Of a stretch of DNA of 64,000 nt, positions 29,229 to 38,343 are shown piece after piece. Each line of letters begins with the position of its first letter. Within the stretch, counting starts at the first letter, position 1. The position numbers were made by a program, and so were the translations under genes. A model generated the notes under the pieces. It ran no database searches, was not told the origin of the DNA, and saw only the letters and a program-made list of their open reading frames with translations. Source of the stretch: Candidatus Poribacteria bacterium (GTDB lineage: Bacteria > Poribacteria > WGA-4E > PCPOR2b); contig OZ244042.1 in assembly GCA_965215015.1 (NCBI GenBank), positions 5,856,001 to 5,920,000 on the forward strand. The letters are read 5' to 3'.

Positions 29229-30379
29229 TATAGGAAACTCAACTGTTCAGCATTTTCGGGTTTGGCTCTTGAAAGCACGGCTTCACTGACTGTCAATCCA
29301 GCCTCAAGGAGTGTCCGCACTTCAACAATATCAGAGGCTATTTCGACTGCGGTTCCCTCTTTTGCAGGCGTGAGCAAAAGCACCTCCCTTCCATCGATGC
29401 CCGGGTCTGTCAGAAGCGCATCGCTATGTGTGCTAACAAAGACCTGGCGCCGCCGGCTTCTTTGTATGTTAGAAATAAGTGCCGCGAGCTGTGATACAAC
29501 GCCCGCGTTTAATGAGAGTTCGGGTTCCTCCAATAAGAGGACCGACTCACTTTCAAGGAGTGCCCATAATAGCCCCAGAAGCCGCAGCGTCCCGTCAGAA
29601 AATTGATCTTCGCGCTGCCGACCTGCATTTGGACACCAGTGGGAATAAAGTGCCTGTAAATGGGGGCGCCCAGTGGTTTCGTCGCGAATAAATTCCAAAC
29701 CCTCAAGTTGAGGCACAGCAATTTTGAGGACTTGCTCGATTCTTCTTAGGCGTGAACGGCGGGTTTTTTCCGGGACACTCGCTACCCTTTCAAGGAACCC
29801 TTGCCCAAACGGGTCGTCTTCAACGATTCTTCCCTGAATCGAATCGGCAAACCGTAAGAGTTGAGGAACCAGATGCAAGTATGTGATGGTCTGAAGGAAA
29901 CGCGCTATTTCCCGAAATTCGGCATTGACATTAATCTGCTCGAGAAAGGTCTGCGTGAGCCGCTCTTCATCCGCTTTATCTTCTCCATTGGGCCTACTAA
30001 GGAGCTGTTCACCATCTTTCCACACGCATTCATGAGTGAGATAGGTCCGGCGGTGTCCACGCGTTTCTTGGCGAAATCCGAGTCCATATATCCAGGTTGC
30101 AGAGGAATCCGAATCGTCCGCAAGGTGAATTTCAATTGTAACTTCTGGATCGCGCCGCGCTGCCAAGCTACGGATTTTAGAAACACCCCCTCGATCTTTA
30201 ACAGCTTTCTGAAAGCCCCCTCCCTCCGCTTTTACGATATCTCGAAGAAAACGAAAAATGTCAAGGAGGTTAGATTTTCCGGACGCGTTCGCGCCAATGA
30301 TAAACTGGCGTTCGCTAAGACGCACACCAATCTGTTGAAAATTACGCCAGTTTTTCGCTATGAGCTGACTGATTATCAT
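29228..30379 (-). CDS. ABC-type AAA_15/AAA_21 ATPase
   Basis: Walker A GANASGKSN, signature FSDGTLR, Walker B LLLEEPE, H-loop STHS. Confidence 0.92.
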   Translation of the reverse strand: MIISQLIAKNWRNFQQIGVRLSERQFIIGANASGKSNLLDIFRFLRDIVKAEGGGFQKAVKDRGGVSKIRSLAARRDPEVTIEIHLADDSDSSATWIYGLGFRQETRGHRRTYLTHECVWKDGEQLLSRPNGEDKADEERLTQTFLEQINVNAEFREIARFLQTITYLHLVPQLLRFADSIQGRIVEDDPFGQGFLERVASVPEKTRRSRLRRIEQVLKIAVPQLEGLEFIRDETTGRPHLQALYSHWCPNAGRQREDQFSDGTLRLLGLLWALLESESVLLLEEPELSLNAGVVSQLAALISNIQRSRRRQVFVSTHSDALLTDPGIDGREVLLLTPAKEGTAVEIASDIVEVRTLLEAGLTVSEAVLSRAKPENAEQLSFL

Positions 30380-30509
30380 AACGGTAACTCCCAATAGCTT
30401 TGTGTAGATTTCCCAAAGTAGCAGACCCGCCCCGCGGGGGGATTCTTAGGGGGTGTCGGGCGATCTATGGTTGGATTGCCTTACCGCAAACTCAAGTGTC
30501 TAACTCCTA

Positions 30510-30935
30510 TTACATTTCGATTATGACAAACACGCACATGATGAAACCAATCTCCACTATATAAAAAATAACAAGAGTGATAGAAAAGATTGCAGCTATC
30601 CAGCTACATTTGGGCTTGTTTTTGTGCTTCGTAGGATTCATCTCGAAATCGGTATCGGATTGAACTCTGATTTCATCGTATACCTGTCGAAATAACCTCT
30701 CCTGCCAGAGAAAGTATCCGTCCAGAATCCAAAATCCTAGGACGGGGAGAATAAGCACCAAGACAAAATATGGGTCAAAATCTGGGTTTTGTATGTTCTG
30801 TCTGGTGATTAAAACCATCGCTGCAACAATGATGGTCATGCTCCAACTTTTGACTAAGAAACTGTTGCTTCCCAAACGGTTAATAACAGCTTGGGTCATT
30901 TTCAAATGTTCTACGACCTTTTCTGTACAGTTCAT
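30510..30935 (-). CDS. small 3-TM membrane protein, putative TIR-associated effector
   Basis: HLKMTQAVINRLGSNSFLVKSW, WILDGYFLWQERLFR..YD, three hydrophobic helices; GGAGG RBS. Confidence 0.75.
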   Translation of the reverse strand: MNCTEKVVEHLKMTQAVINRLGSNSFLVKSWSMTIIVAAMVLITRQNIQNPDFDPYFVLVLILPVLGFWILDGYFLWQERLFRQVYDEIRVQSDTDFEMNPTKHKNKPKCSWIAAIFSITLVIFYIVEIGFIMCVFVIIEM

Positions 30936-31024
30936 GGGTTTATCCTCCAATTTTGAAATGTGGTAGCCTAACCATAAAGCTAGTATCCTTTTGAGGACTT
31001 CCTCTACAATGAAGATTTCCTCGT

Positions 31025-31693
31025 TTACCCTTGCACCGTTTTCGTTATATTGTAATCACCTATCCTTTCTCTTATACCTTCTGCTGTTTCAAGATAATAT
31101 TCTTTGTTTTCTATAAAATCGCCCCATTTAACCGAATCAATGTAGGAGCTATGGCCCATATAAACAGGGTTGCTAGGAGGATGGCGTAGGCAGTTGTTAA
31201 ACGTAGGTCTTTTTATGTTAAACATATTATCTCGTAGTATCTGAAAGAGACTAAGGGTCTTTAGAACTCTGCAATGGCAAGAAGGGCAGGTATCATCTTC
31301 AAGAAAGTAGCTATATGATGAATATTGGTCCGGCAAAACAACTGCTAATATCGCATTTGTTCGGCTTGTACGCCCATGCCGTACAATTTCTTTCAGAGAG
31401 TATGAAACTTCCCACGGAATCCATTGGTCAGATTCATTTTGCCTCGAATCTTTCATATTTGGTGAAATTAGGACAAGTGTTAAACTGCTGTCGTATATTT
31501 TGTCTTTTAGGTGAGATGCGATAGTTTCATCCTGAAATTCGCTTAAATCTTCATCACCTTCCCCTTTATAGATTTCATCATTTTCAAATAGCTCAATTAG
31601 TTCATCAACATAAGCACGGGCAGTTGTTCCCCCCCTAATAGACTGAACACTATCATCAGCATGTTTATAGGAAACAAAAATTTTTCTGGCCAT
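31025..31693 (-). CDS. ThsB-like TIR domain protein (MTH538/DUF1863)
   Basis: [36 protein letters not shown] with catalytic Glu. Confidence 0.85.
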   Translation of the reverse strand: MARKIFVSYKHADDSVQSIRGGTTARAYVDELIELFENDEIYKGEGDEDLSEFQDETIASHLKDKIYDSSLTLVLISPNMKDSRQNESDQWIPWEVSYSLKEIVRHGRTSRTNAILAVVLPDQYSSYSYFLEDDTCPSCHCRVLKTLSLFQILRDNMFNIKRPTFNNCLRHPPSNPVYMGHSSYIDSVKWGDFIENKEYYLETAEGIRERIGDYNITKTVQG

Positions 31694-31730
31694 TTAGTTG
31701 TTACTCCTTATTAATTGCCCCGCTCCTCCA

Positions 31731-31824
31731 TTGTCTGAATCGCGGATTGTCGCAGATTCAAAGATGGCACGAATTCAAGAATCCGCGCTATCGGTGTCAG
31801 TTGTTTAATCCAAGATTCGGACCA
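31731..31824. repeat. short inverted-repeat element between the two TIR genes
   Basis: TTGTCTGAATC ... GATTCGGACCA; the same end occurs at 11930 and reversed near 55868-55878. Confidence 0.55.
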
Positions 31825-31848
31825 TTTATTCTGTTGCTCCCGCCACAA

Positions 31849-33036
31849 TTAGAGCGGGCAGACTCCATCTACTTCGATGATAGGAGGCTCAACGTCTGTG
31901 TCCTGTCGAGGACAACGCCCTTTAAATCTGACTTGTAACTCTCTTGAGTTCAAAAGCTCTAAATCCAATTGAAGTACATCTTCAACCGTGTTTGAAAGTT
32001 TCAAGTAGAGCACCGAGATTAAACGAGCGAATTTCTCGAACCTCCCGGTTGTTTGTCCAAAAGACTGATAGAGCGTTGGGATAGGGGATTTGAGGATTTG
32101 TAGACCAGTTTCATGATATGTGCCGTCTAATTGATACGCCAGATTAGGTCGATTTAGAAAAGGACTGACAGTTTCTGGCTTTTCATCGAGAAGAATTCTT
32201 CTTGTTCGCATTTCGGCGATTTGATCCGGTGAAATATTGCTGAATGTCATATCACCAAAAAAATTGTCATGTTGTCCGTGACTATCCTCTTCCAAAACAA
32301 CTTCCCAAACGGTTTGAGAGCCAGACGTAGTTTGAGAAATCTCCCGTGGGGTTACCCATGTGGCATCTTCCCCGAGCGCAAAACCAAAGATATTATGAAG
32401 AGGAACCATGCCGCCAAGATTGTTTCGCAGTGAACGGAGAAAGGCAGCTTCTTCGGATAGTTCTGGAAGTAGTTCAAGATAGATTCCCGTTGAATCCCAA
32501 CGCGCATTTTGCAATGGAACAAAACACGATTGCTTGTCTTTTGTATATAATAGTACAAATTCACTAGGAGCACTCACAGCTGCAGCAGACATTGATATAT
32601 CACTGCTCGCTGGCTGCGATGTGTTGCCCGACAACTTCGTTACTAAGGTTTGATAGATTTCTTCCATATTCATTGAATTTAAATCAAGATATCCGACTGT
32701 CAACAAAATTCCTGGAATCTCTGTATCGTCAATCCGGATCGGAAGAATATACTCCTGGTTTTCCTGAAACGCCCTTGCTTGAGCAGTTTGGAGCTCGTGT
32801 TTCGTCCACAACCTCTGTGCATAGTGTTTAGACAGAAATATGACACAGTAACGCGCTTGATCCTTGTAAATCGATGAAAAGTGATCATAGAGGTTTTTGC
32901 CCCAAAGTTGTGGCTGCTCAAATTCATCATAAAAGACAGAATATCCCCCTGTCTTGAGAAGTTTGGCTAACTGCTCGGCGGAGTCTCGATCCTCCCCAGC
33001 AAACGACAAGGCAACGTCATATTGTTTTTCTTTCAT
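31849..33036 (-). CDS. TIR_2 domain protein with an uncharacterised C-terminal domain
   Basis: YDVALSFAGEDR, VFYDEF, LWGKNL, WTKHEL (catalytic Glu), YILPIRID. Confidence 0.9.
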   Translation of the reverse strand: MKEKQYDVALSFAGEDRDSAEQLAKLLKTGGYSVFYDEFEQPQLWGKNLYDHFSSIYKDQARYCVIFLSKHYAQRLWTKHELQTAQARAFQENQEYILPIRIDDTEIPGILLTVGYLDLNSMNMEEIYQTLVTKLSGNTSQPASSDISMSAAAVSAPSEFVLLYTKDKQSCFVPLQNARWDSTGIYLELLPELSEEAAFLRSLRNNLGGMVPLHNIFGFALGEDATWVTPREISQTTSGSQTVWEVVLEEDSHGQHDNFFGDMTFSNISPDQIAEMRTRRILLDEKPETVSPFLNRPNLAYQLDGTYHETGLQILKSPIPTLYQSFGQTTGRFEKFARLISVLYLKLSNTVEDVLQLDLELLNSRELQVRFKGRCPRQDTDVEPPIIEVDGVCPL

Positions 33037-33096
33037 CTTTTACGTCCTTTGAATGTATTTTGATTTGCGACTCTTGATAATATATCACATGATTTA

Positions 33097-33125
33097 AGTA
33101 TACCCTACAAATGTTAAGTTTGCAA
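33097..33125 (-). promoter_or_regulatory. sigma70 promoter for the embedded cargo genes
   Basis: Minus strand TTGCAA-17 nt-TATACT, 60 bp upstream of the TIR start. Confidence 0.7.
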
Positions 33126-33144
33126 TAGAGTTGTACGGTAACCC

Positions 33145-36100
33145 CTAACCGCCCCTCAAGCTACTCGCTTTCTGCAGCCGTGCCTCCACAAGATGAATAA
33201 CTGCCTCATACACACCATCCCGTTCCCCTTGTGTAAGGTTGAGGGCGTCAAAGATGATGGCGTCAAGAGCACGACGGTCAGGGGTAACATCAAAAACATT
33301 CTGCTTGTTTTTTGTAATTTCTGCACTGATATCGTTAACCGAACGTGACGTAAGTTCAGTAAAAATGGGTTGTAAGTCTTTTTTCGATTCTCGACTGAGG
33401 TGTTCAGGATATATCAGCAATGGTGTTCTTTTGAGGTCTTCCACTAGAATGCGCACAGCTCCTCCTCCCAATCCTCGCCTACCGAGTGTTTCAATAAAAA
33501 GCCAAGTTAACGTTGAGTTCAAACTCGCGCAAATTTGCCAATCTAGATCTGGATTATGAAGATAAATACCATGAAAATTATGCGTAAATGCAATCATTTC
33601 TGGATTGAATCGGCAAATATGCCTTTTTCCTCTAATATCATCCCAAACTAAAGGTGTCCTCACAATCTGTTTCTCATCTATAAGATCAATACGCAAATGT
33701 GTCTTGACATCGTTTGATTTGATTATAATATCGTCAAATTCACGAGGAGATTTCAGTACAGGGATTGTTGCTTCCCTACTGAGCTGATTCTTGCTTGCCA
33801 TAATTTCACTATTACGCCCCTGCCTACTCCAAGATACGCTCACCACTTTTCCTATAGAAGGTTCGATGGAAACCAGCTTATCCCTCCCCTTCTCCAATAT
33901 CGTCCAGTAGATGTCCGGGGCGCGGAGATACTTCCCGCCCCACTTATCACCTGTATACCTCGTTCGAGGAGCACCCTCATCGGTGCCCCCTGCCAAAAGG
34001 TCTCCTTGCGAAATCGGAAAGATACGGTGTTCGGGGGTACTGCGCCGTTCGTTTGCCTCCTCGACCTCCTCAAAGAGAACCGCATCTAAAACCCCCTCAA
34101 ACGGAGTTTTAAACATAATAAACCGTGCCGTCTGCGCCAATCCTAACTCGCGTTTTTCATCGGGGGCGGAGAAGAGGCAGATAACTGTGTTCACATCAGC
34201 CGAAGCGAAGGAACGCCGCGACTGATTATCGATAATCTGCTTGATGTGACAATGCTTGACGGTAAACTCCTGAAGATCCTTGCCGTAGCCGACATCAAGC
34301 CACGAATTGGAGGTGATGAAACAGAACGCCCCTTTCGGGTTCAGGAGAGAGAGCCCGTGAAAATAGAAGTAGATGTAGAGATCGCTTTTCGCATCTAGCT
34401 TGTGAGAGACCGCAGCCGACGGATTATCGGATGTAATGTCCTTTTCGCGTCTGTAGCGAAAGAAGCGCGGAAAGGCTTGATACACCGAACGGGCAAGTTG
34501 CGCTTTGTACGCCTTTTTGTTTTCCCTCGTGACCTGTTCACGCGGGAGGTTCGGATCGGCGATGCTCTCCTGTCGGACATACGGCGGGTTGCCGATGACG
34601 ATATCAAAACCACCCTTTTCACCCGTGAAGATTTCGACGAAGGCGATGTCCCAGACAAACGGCACACCCCCCGCCCTCACCAGCGCGCTGCGAGCCGCTT
34701 CAAGCCGATAGAGGGCTTCGGTCAAGGTTTCAATCTGCTGTCGCCACTCCATCGCCTGCAGCTCCAGCTGACGGTCAGACCTCTCTTCGATAGTGCCATC
34801 AAGTCGCATCTGCCGTTCTTGGGGGCCGTCGATTTGCTGTCGTAGACTCTCAGTTCGCTCTTCAATGTTTTTGGCGCGGGTATCAATCAGTTCACGGAAA
34901 AGTCGGAGCTCCTCCTCTGCCAACTCCTCTTCAGATCGATAGGGACAATTGGGATCGTTGTTGAAAAACTGTAACTTGGCGTTTTTCAAACGGGTAATCC
35001 GGCCCTTTAACGCGCGCGGCATACCGATAAACGCATCGCGGAGGGTGGAGAGGTTCATACCCCCAATCTCTTGGACGAGGCTATCGCCGCATCGGATGTT
35101 GAACGAAAAGTGAGGCAGCAACGGCTCATTCTGCAGATGCAGCGCTTCACGGGAAAATTCCGCATCGATGACCAGGGCGAGCCACAGTCGTAACTCCGCC
35201 ACATGACACGCCCACTCCATCACGTCCACACCGTAGAGGTTTTGACCGATGATGCGCTTCTTGCGGTCAAAGCTGGATTCCAAGCGTCCGAGCCCTTGAT
35301 TGATTCTATCGCGCAGGTCATCGAGGATGTGCAGCATCCCAACCAGGAAAGAACCTGAGCCGCAGGCAGGATCGACGAGTGCCAGCCTTTTTAGGTGGGT
35401 GTCGAGGGGGTCCCACAACCGCGCCGCTGCGAGTTTCCCATCTGCTTCTGCTTTATCGTCCGGATGAAAGGCAAAGAGCACCTCGTAGAGGAGGAGTTTA
35501 TGTTCCTGTCCTAAGTGGTTCGTCAAGTTGTCCACCAGCGCGAGACGGCACATCAGATCAATCTCTGTGCGGGGGGTGTAGAAGATGCCAGCGTCCCCAC
35601 GTTCATCCGCTTCAGCCGAGACATTGACGAGGCTTTCATAAACCTTTCCAATCATCTCCGGATCGACGGCGACCTCCTGATCGAGGGGGCTATCTTCAGC
35701 GATGGTGAAGTTGTATTTTTCAAGAAAATCAAAAATCGCCTTGAAACGGTGATCAGAAATCTGGAAATCGTGTGCTCCATCGAGGGCATTCTCCCTAAAC
35801 AGCCCTCCGTTGAGATAAGGGGCTAACGCCAATGCCTCTCGGATGTGGTCGGGGAAATGGCGATGCCCGCCGTGAAACCTGTTATTGAACGCCTCAAAGA
35901 ATAGAACGTTGAGCCAGCGATTGACAAACGAATTGGTTGGTTCCCTTGTTGCTTGATAGCTCTCCCAAAACGAGCGGAGAAACTCGGTATCTTCACCGAG
36001 CCACCGTTTGCGCTGAATAAAGTAGAGGAACATGCAACGGTTGAGGAACTGTAACGCATAATCGTGCGCCCAGCGACAATCTGCGGTCTGGCTCGCCAAG

Positions 36101-36699
36101 TCCTCCTGAAGGATTTGGAAAACGCGTTTATAGTCTTCAAAGAATCGTTTTGTGACGTCCTCGACATCGAAGGCTGCTTCATGACGGATCTGAATTTCGA
36201 GTGGCGACAGTGCTTCCGTATCGGGACTGATAGATGCCAAGTCAAGCATTGCAATCCTTTCGGACGCGGTGCGGAGTTTCTCATACGGGCTAATTGTGAT
36301 GCGGCGGAATAGGCGGCGTCTCTCGAAGTCGTCTGCGTCGTATTTGACATTGACAAAGTGCCAATCCGTTTGGTCTCGGTTGCTGAAAACGAACAGAGTA
36401 TAGGGGTGATTTTCAAGGAGCTTAGAGATGACAGGCCGTTCAGCGGTCAGCAGCAGGCGGTCTGAGTTGAGACGGGCATAGATGACCTTAAAAGCGTCGT
36501 CTGTTCCGCCTGTCGCAAAAAGGACTGGATCGTCGGCGAGGGCGTTTTTAGCGGTGTCGGTCCAGTCCTGGCGGGCAATCCCGTCGTTTTGACGGTCGTA
36601 GTTTAACTCTGTCCAGAACAGCTTCCGGAGGGGTTCAATTCCACGAAAGTTCTTGAGAATGCCAAAGATGTTCTCTTGATGGTCGAGGTCGTGTAGCAT
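33145..36699 (-). CDS. N6-adenine DNA methyltransferase with C-terminal specificity region (Eco57I/type IIG-like)
   Basis: PYLNGGLF, DPEMIGKVYE, GIFYTP, motif I DPACGSGSF, motif IV GNPPY, DLYIYF, TSNSWL. Confidence 0.92.
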   Translation of the reverse strand: MLHDLDHQENIFGILKNFRGIEPLRKLFWTELNYDRQNDGIARQDWTDTAKNALADDPVLFATGGTDDAFKVIYARLNSDRLLLTAERPVISKLLENHPYTLFVFSNRDQTDWHFVNVKYDADDFERRRLFRRITISPYEKLRTASERIAMLDLASISPDTEALSPLEIQIRHEAAFDVEDVTKRFFEDYKRVFQILQEDLASQTADCRWAHDYALQFLNRCMFLYFIQRKRWLGEDTEFLRSFWESYQATREPTNSFVNRWLNVLFFEAFNNRFHGGHRHFPDHIREALALAPYLNGGLFRENALDGAHDFQISDHRFKAIFDFLEKYNFTIAEDSPLDQEVAVDPEMIGKVYESLVNVSAEADERGDAGIFYTPRTEIDLMCRLALVDNLTNHLGQEHKLLLYEVLFAFHPDDKAEADGKLAAARLWDPLDTHLKRLALVDPACGSGSFLVGMLHILDDLRDRINQGLGRLESSFDRKKRIIGQNLYGVDVMEWACHVAELRLWLALVIDAEFSREALHLQNEPLLPHFSFNIRCGDSLVQEIGGMNLSTLRDAFIGMPRALKGRITRLKNAKLQFFNNDPNCPYRSEEELAEEELRLFRELIDTRAKNIEERTESLRQQIDGPQERQMRLDGTIEERSDRQLELQAMEWRQQIETLTEALYRLEAARSALVRAGGVPFVWDIAFVEIFTGEKGGFDIVIGNPPYVRQESIADPNLPREQVTRENKKAYKAQLARSVYQAFPRFFRYRREKDITSDNPSAAVSHKLDAKSDLYIYFYFHGLSLLNPKGAFCFITSNSWLDVGYGKDLQEFTVKHCHIKQIIDNQSRRSFASADVNTVICLFSAPDEKRELGLAQTARFIMFKTPFEGVLDAVLFEEVEEANERRSTPEHRIFPISQGDLLAGGTDEGAPRTRYTGDKWGGKYLRAPDIYWTILEKGRDKLVSIEPSIGKVVSVSWSRQGRNSEIMASKNQLSREATIPVLKSPREFDDIIIKSNDVKTHLRIDLIDEKQIVRTPLVWDDIRGKRHICRFNPEMIAFTHNFHGIYLHNPDLDWQICASLNSTLTWLFIETLGRRGLGGGAVRILVEDLKRTPLLIYPEHLSRESKKDLQPIFTELTSRSVNDISAEITKNKQNVFDVTPDRRALDAIIFDALNLTQGERDGVYEAVIHLVEARLQKASSLRGG

Positions 36700-36739
36700 A
36701 GGGAGTCTCCATCCATGAGTTGATAGTACCTTAGACTAA

Positions 36740-37070
36740 TAGGAGTTACGCAGTAAGTTTGTATCGCGCATTCATCGCGCCTCTTTAACAGTTTGTAGTA
36801 GTGCAATTCATTGCACGTCAAAAGTCAGGAGGGGAAGCCCCCCCTTACGGGAGCCGTTTGTGTCGCGCGTTCATCGCGCCTCTTTAAGGGAGTCAGCATC
36901 CGCCGTATGCTGTATGTACCCTCCTTCCCTCCTTAAGCCCCCCACAGGCAGGGGGCATGGCCCCTCCCCCTGCTTGCGGGGGGACCGAGGGGGGTTCTTA
37001 CCCCCCACTTGCGGGCACAGTTTGTAGTAGTGCAATTCATTGCACGTCAAAAGTTAGGGGGGGTAAGATC
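36740..37070. repeat. composite repeat cluster at the right border of the defence island
   Basis: AGGAGTTACGC end, two intact and two degenerate REPs, CCCCCTGCTTGCGGGGG hairpin. Confidence 0.75.
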
Positions 37071-37074
37071 TTTC

Positions 37075-37446
37075 CTATTCCCATTTAGTCTGCCCGGAGG
37101 TGCTTGTATGCTTATTATACTTGTCGATATAGTCCTCCCGTAGGGGAGTGAAGATATCGAGGACGCGTGCAGGCCCCTTGGCAACAACGCCTGAATGCAC
37201 CACATTTGGTGGAATAATGAACGCCTCCCCGGGTTTTAGAATCCTTTCCTCTGAACCGATTCTGAACTGTAGCTCCCCCGAAAGCACTAAGCCTGCCTGT
37301 TCATGTGGATGGCTATGTTCTGGAACTTCACTGCCTTCCGCCATCTCCAAAAAGGACAGCATCAGCCCTTCTCCAGCAACAATACCACTGAGTGCCCCTG
37401 GAAATAGTTCCATTTTCGGTAGTTCCTCGGCAGCGATAAACGGCAT
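37075..37446 (-). CDS. cupin domain protein
   Basis: PEHSHPHEQ...G and IPPNVVHSG cupin motifs, DIFTP.REDY. Confidence 0.9.
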   Translation of the reverse strand: MPFIAAEELPKMELFPGALSGIVAGEGLMLSFLEMAEGSEVPEHSHPHEQAGLVLSGELQFRIGSEERILKPGEAFIIPPNVVHSGVVAKGPARVLDIFTPLREDYIDKYNKHTSTSGQTKWE

Positions 37447-37469
37447 ATTCTTCCTCCTGAAATTACCCT

Positions 37470-37505
37470 AAAAAAAATAAAGGGGCGGCAACTCGTCCCG
37501 CCCCT
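37470..37505 (-). terminator. intrinsic terminator immediately upstream of the cupin RBS
   Basis: Minus strand AGGGGCGG-loop-CCGCCCCT followed by a T-rich tract. Confidence 0.65.
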
Positions 37506-37757
37506 GACATCATAGAGATTTTCAGCTATCATATCCGCTCTTGAGCGGTTATGTTTTCGCAATGAGTAGATAGGGACTTTTCTCTGAATTTAACGCAACA
37601 TCGCCCCTCTCCCACCAACAAATTCCCCCCTGCTAAATACCCGGTGGGTTGTCCGTCAATTCTAGGCTCAATGAGCCTACCCCCCTCAATCCCCCCGCAA
37701 GCGGGGGGAAGAGATACCGTATGGGTATTTGGGGTTAGGGGGGTAACGCCTTATTCC

Positions 37758-38213
37758 CTATTTTTTTATAACCTTAATCTCTTTCGATGCCCGCCAAGGA
37801 GCGGTATGGTTTGGTTGCTCCATTGCAACCAATGTCGTGCTCTCTTCCAAAGCAATCGTAAAAGTGACTTTAGGCATGGTATAGATTGGGTGCAGATACG
37901 CTCGCGCTATTTCGACATCATTTTTGTAGATGCCGATCCAGTTGACGTAGTGCTCATAAAGGGTGGGGTGGATTGCCCCGGCACCGATTGTTACGGTTAC
38001 ATCGAACCATTCCCCGACACCGACCTCATCCGGACATTCGATCTTCGGTGTGTGTTTCTCATCATATTCAGTTTTAACGTGTTTGAAATCTCCAATGACC
38101 TCTTCGTCAAATACCTGATTGGCAATCACGGGAATCGCAATCAGCACAGCGATGATTCCGAGACTTAACGCCCCAATCCTGAAAGGCTTTTTCTGCAATA
38201 ATTGAAATAACAA
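37758..38213 (-). CDS. desulfoferrodoxin/superoxide reductase (class II SORL)-like protein with an N-terminal signal or anchor
   Basis: EKHTPKI, HPTLYEHYVNWI, PKVTF; C-terminal EQPNHTAPW in place of YCNLHGLW. Confidence 0.78.
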   Translation of the reverse strand: MLFQLLQKKPFRIGALSLGIIAVLIAIPVIANQVFDEEVIGDFKHVKTEYDEKHTPKIECPDEVGVGEWFDVTVTIGAGAIHPTLYEHYVNWIGIYKNDVEIARAYLHPIYTMPKVTFTIALEESTTLVAMEQPNHTAPWRASKEIKVIKK

Positions 38214-38343
38214 GGTTTATTCCTCCTGTTGTTGATAGATTGAAGTACTAAATAATTGTAACACACGGTTGGAAACAGTGCCAACGAAAACTTCCACCGA
38301 ATGCTTTTTCTGTCCTTACATGAATTTGAGTTCAAGTAAGATG

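Noticed and set aside
20274-36699. Complete DISARM or BREX system
   Set aside because: No DrmA/DrmB (DUF1998) and no PglZ/BrxC; only the MTase and PLD-helicase are present.
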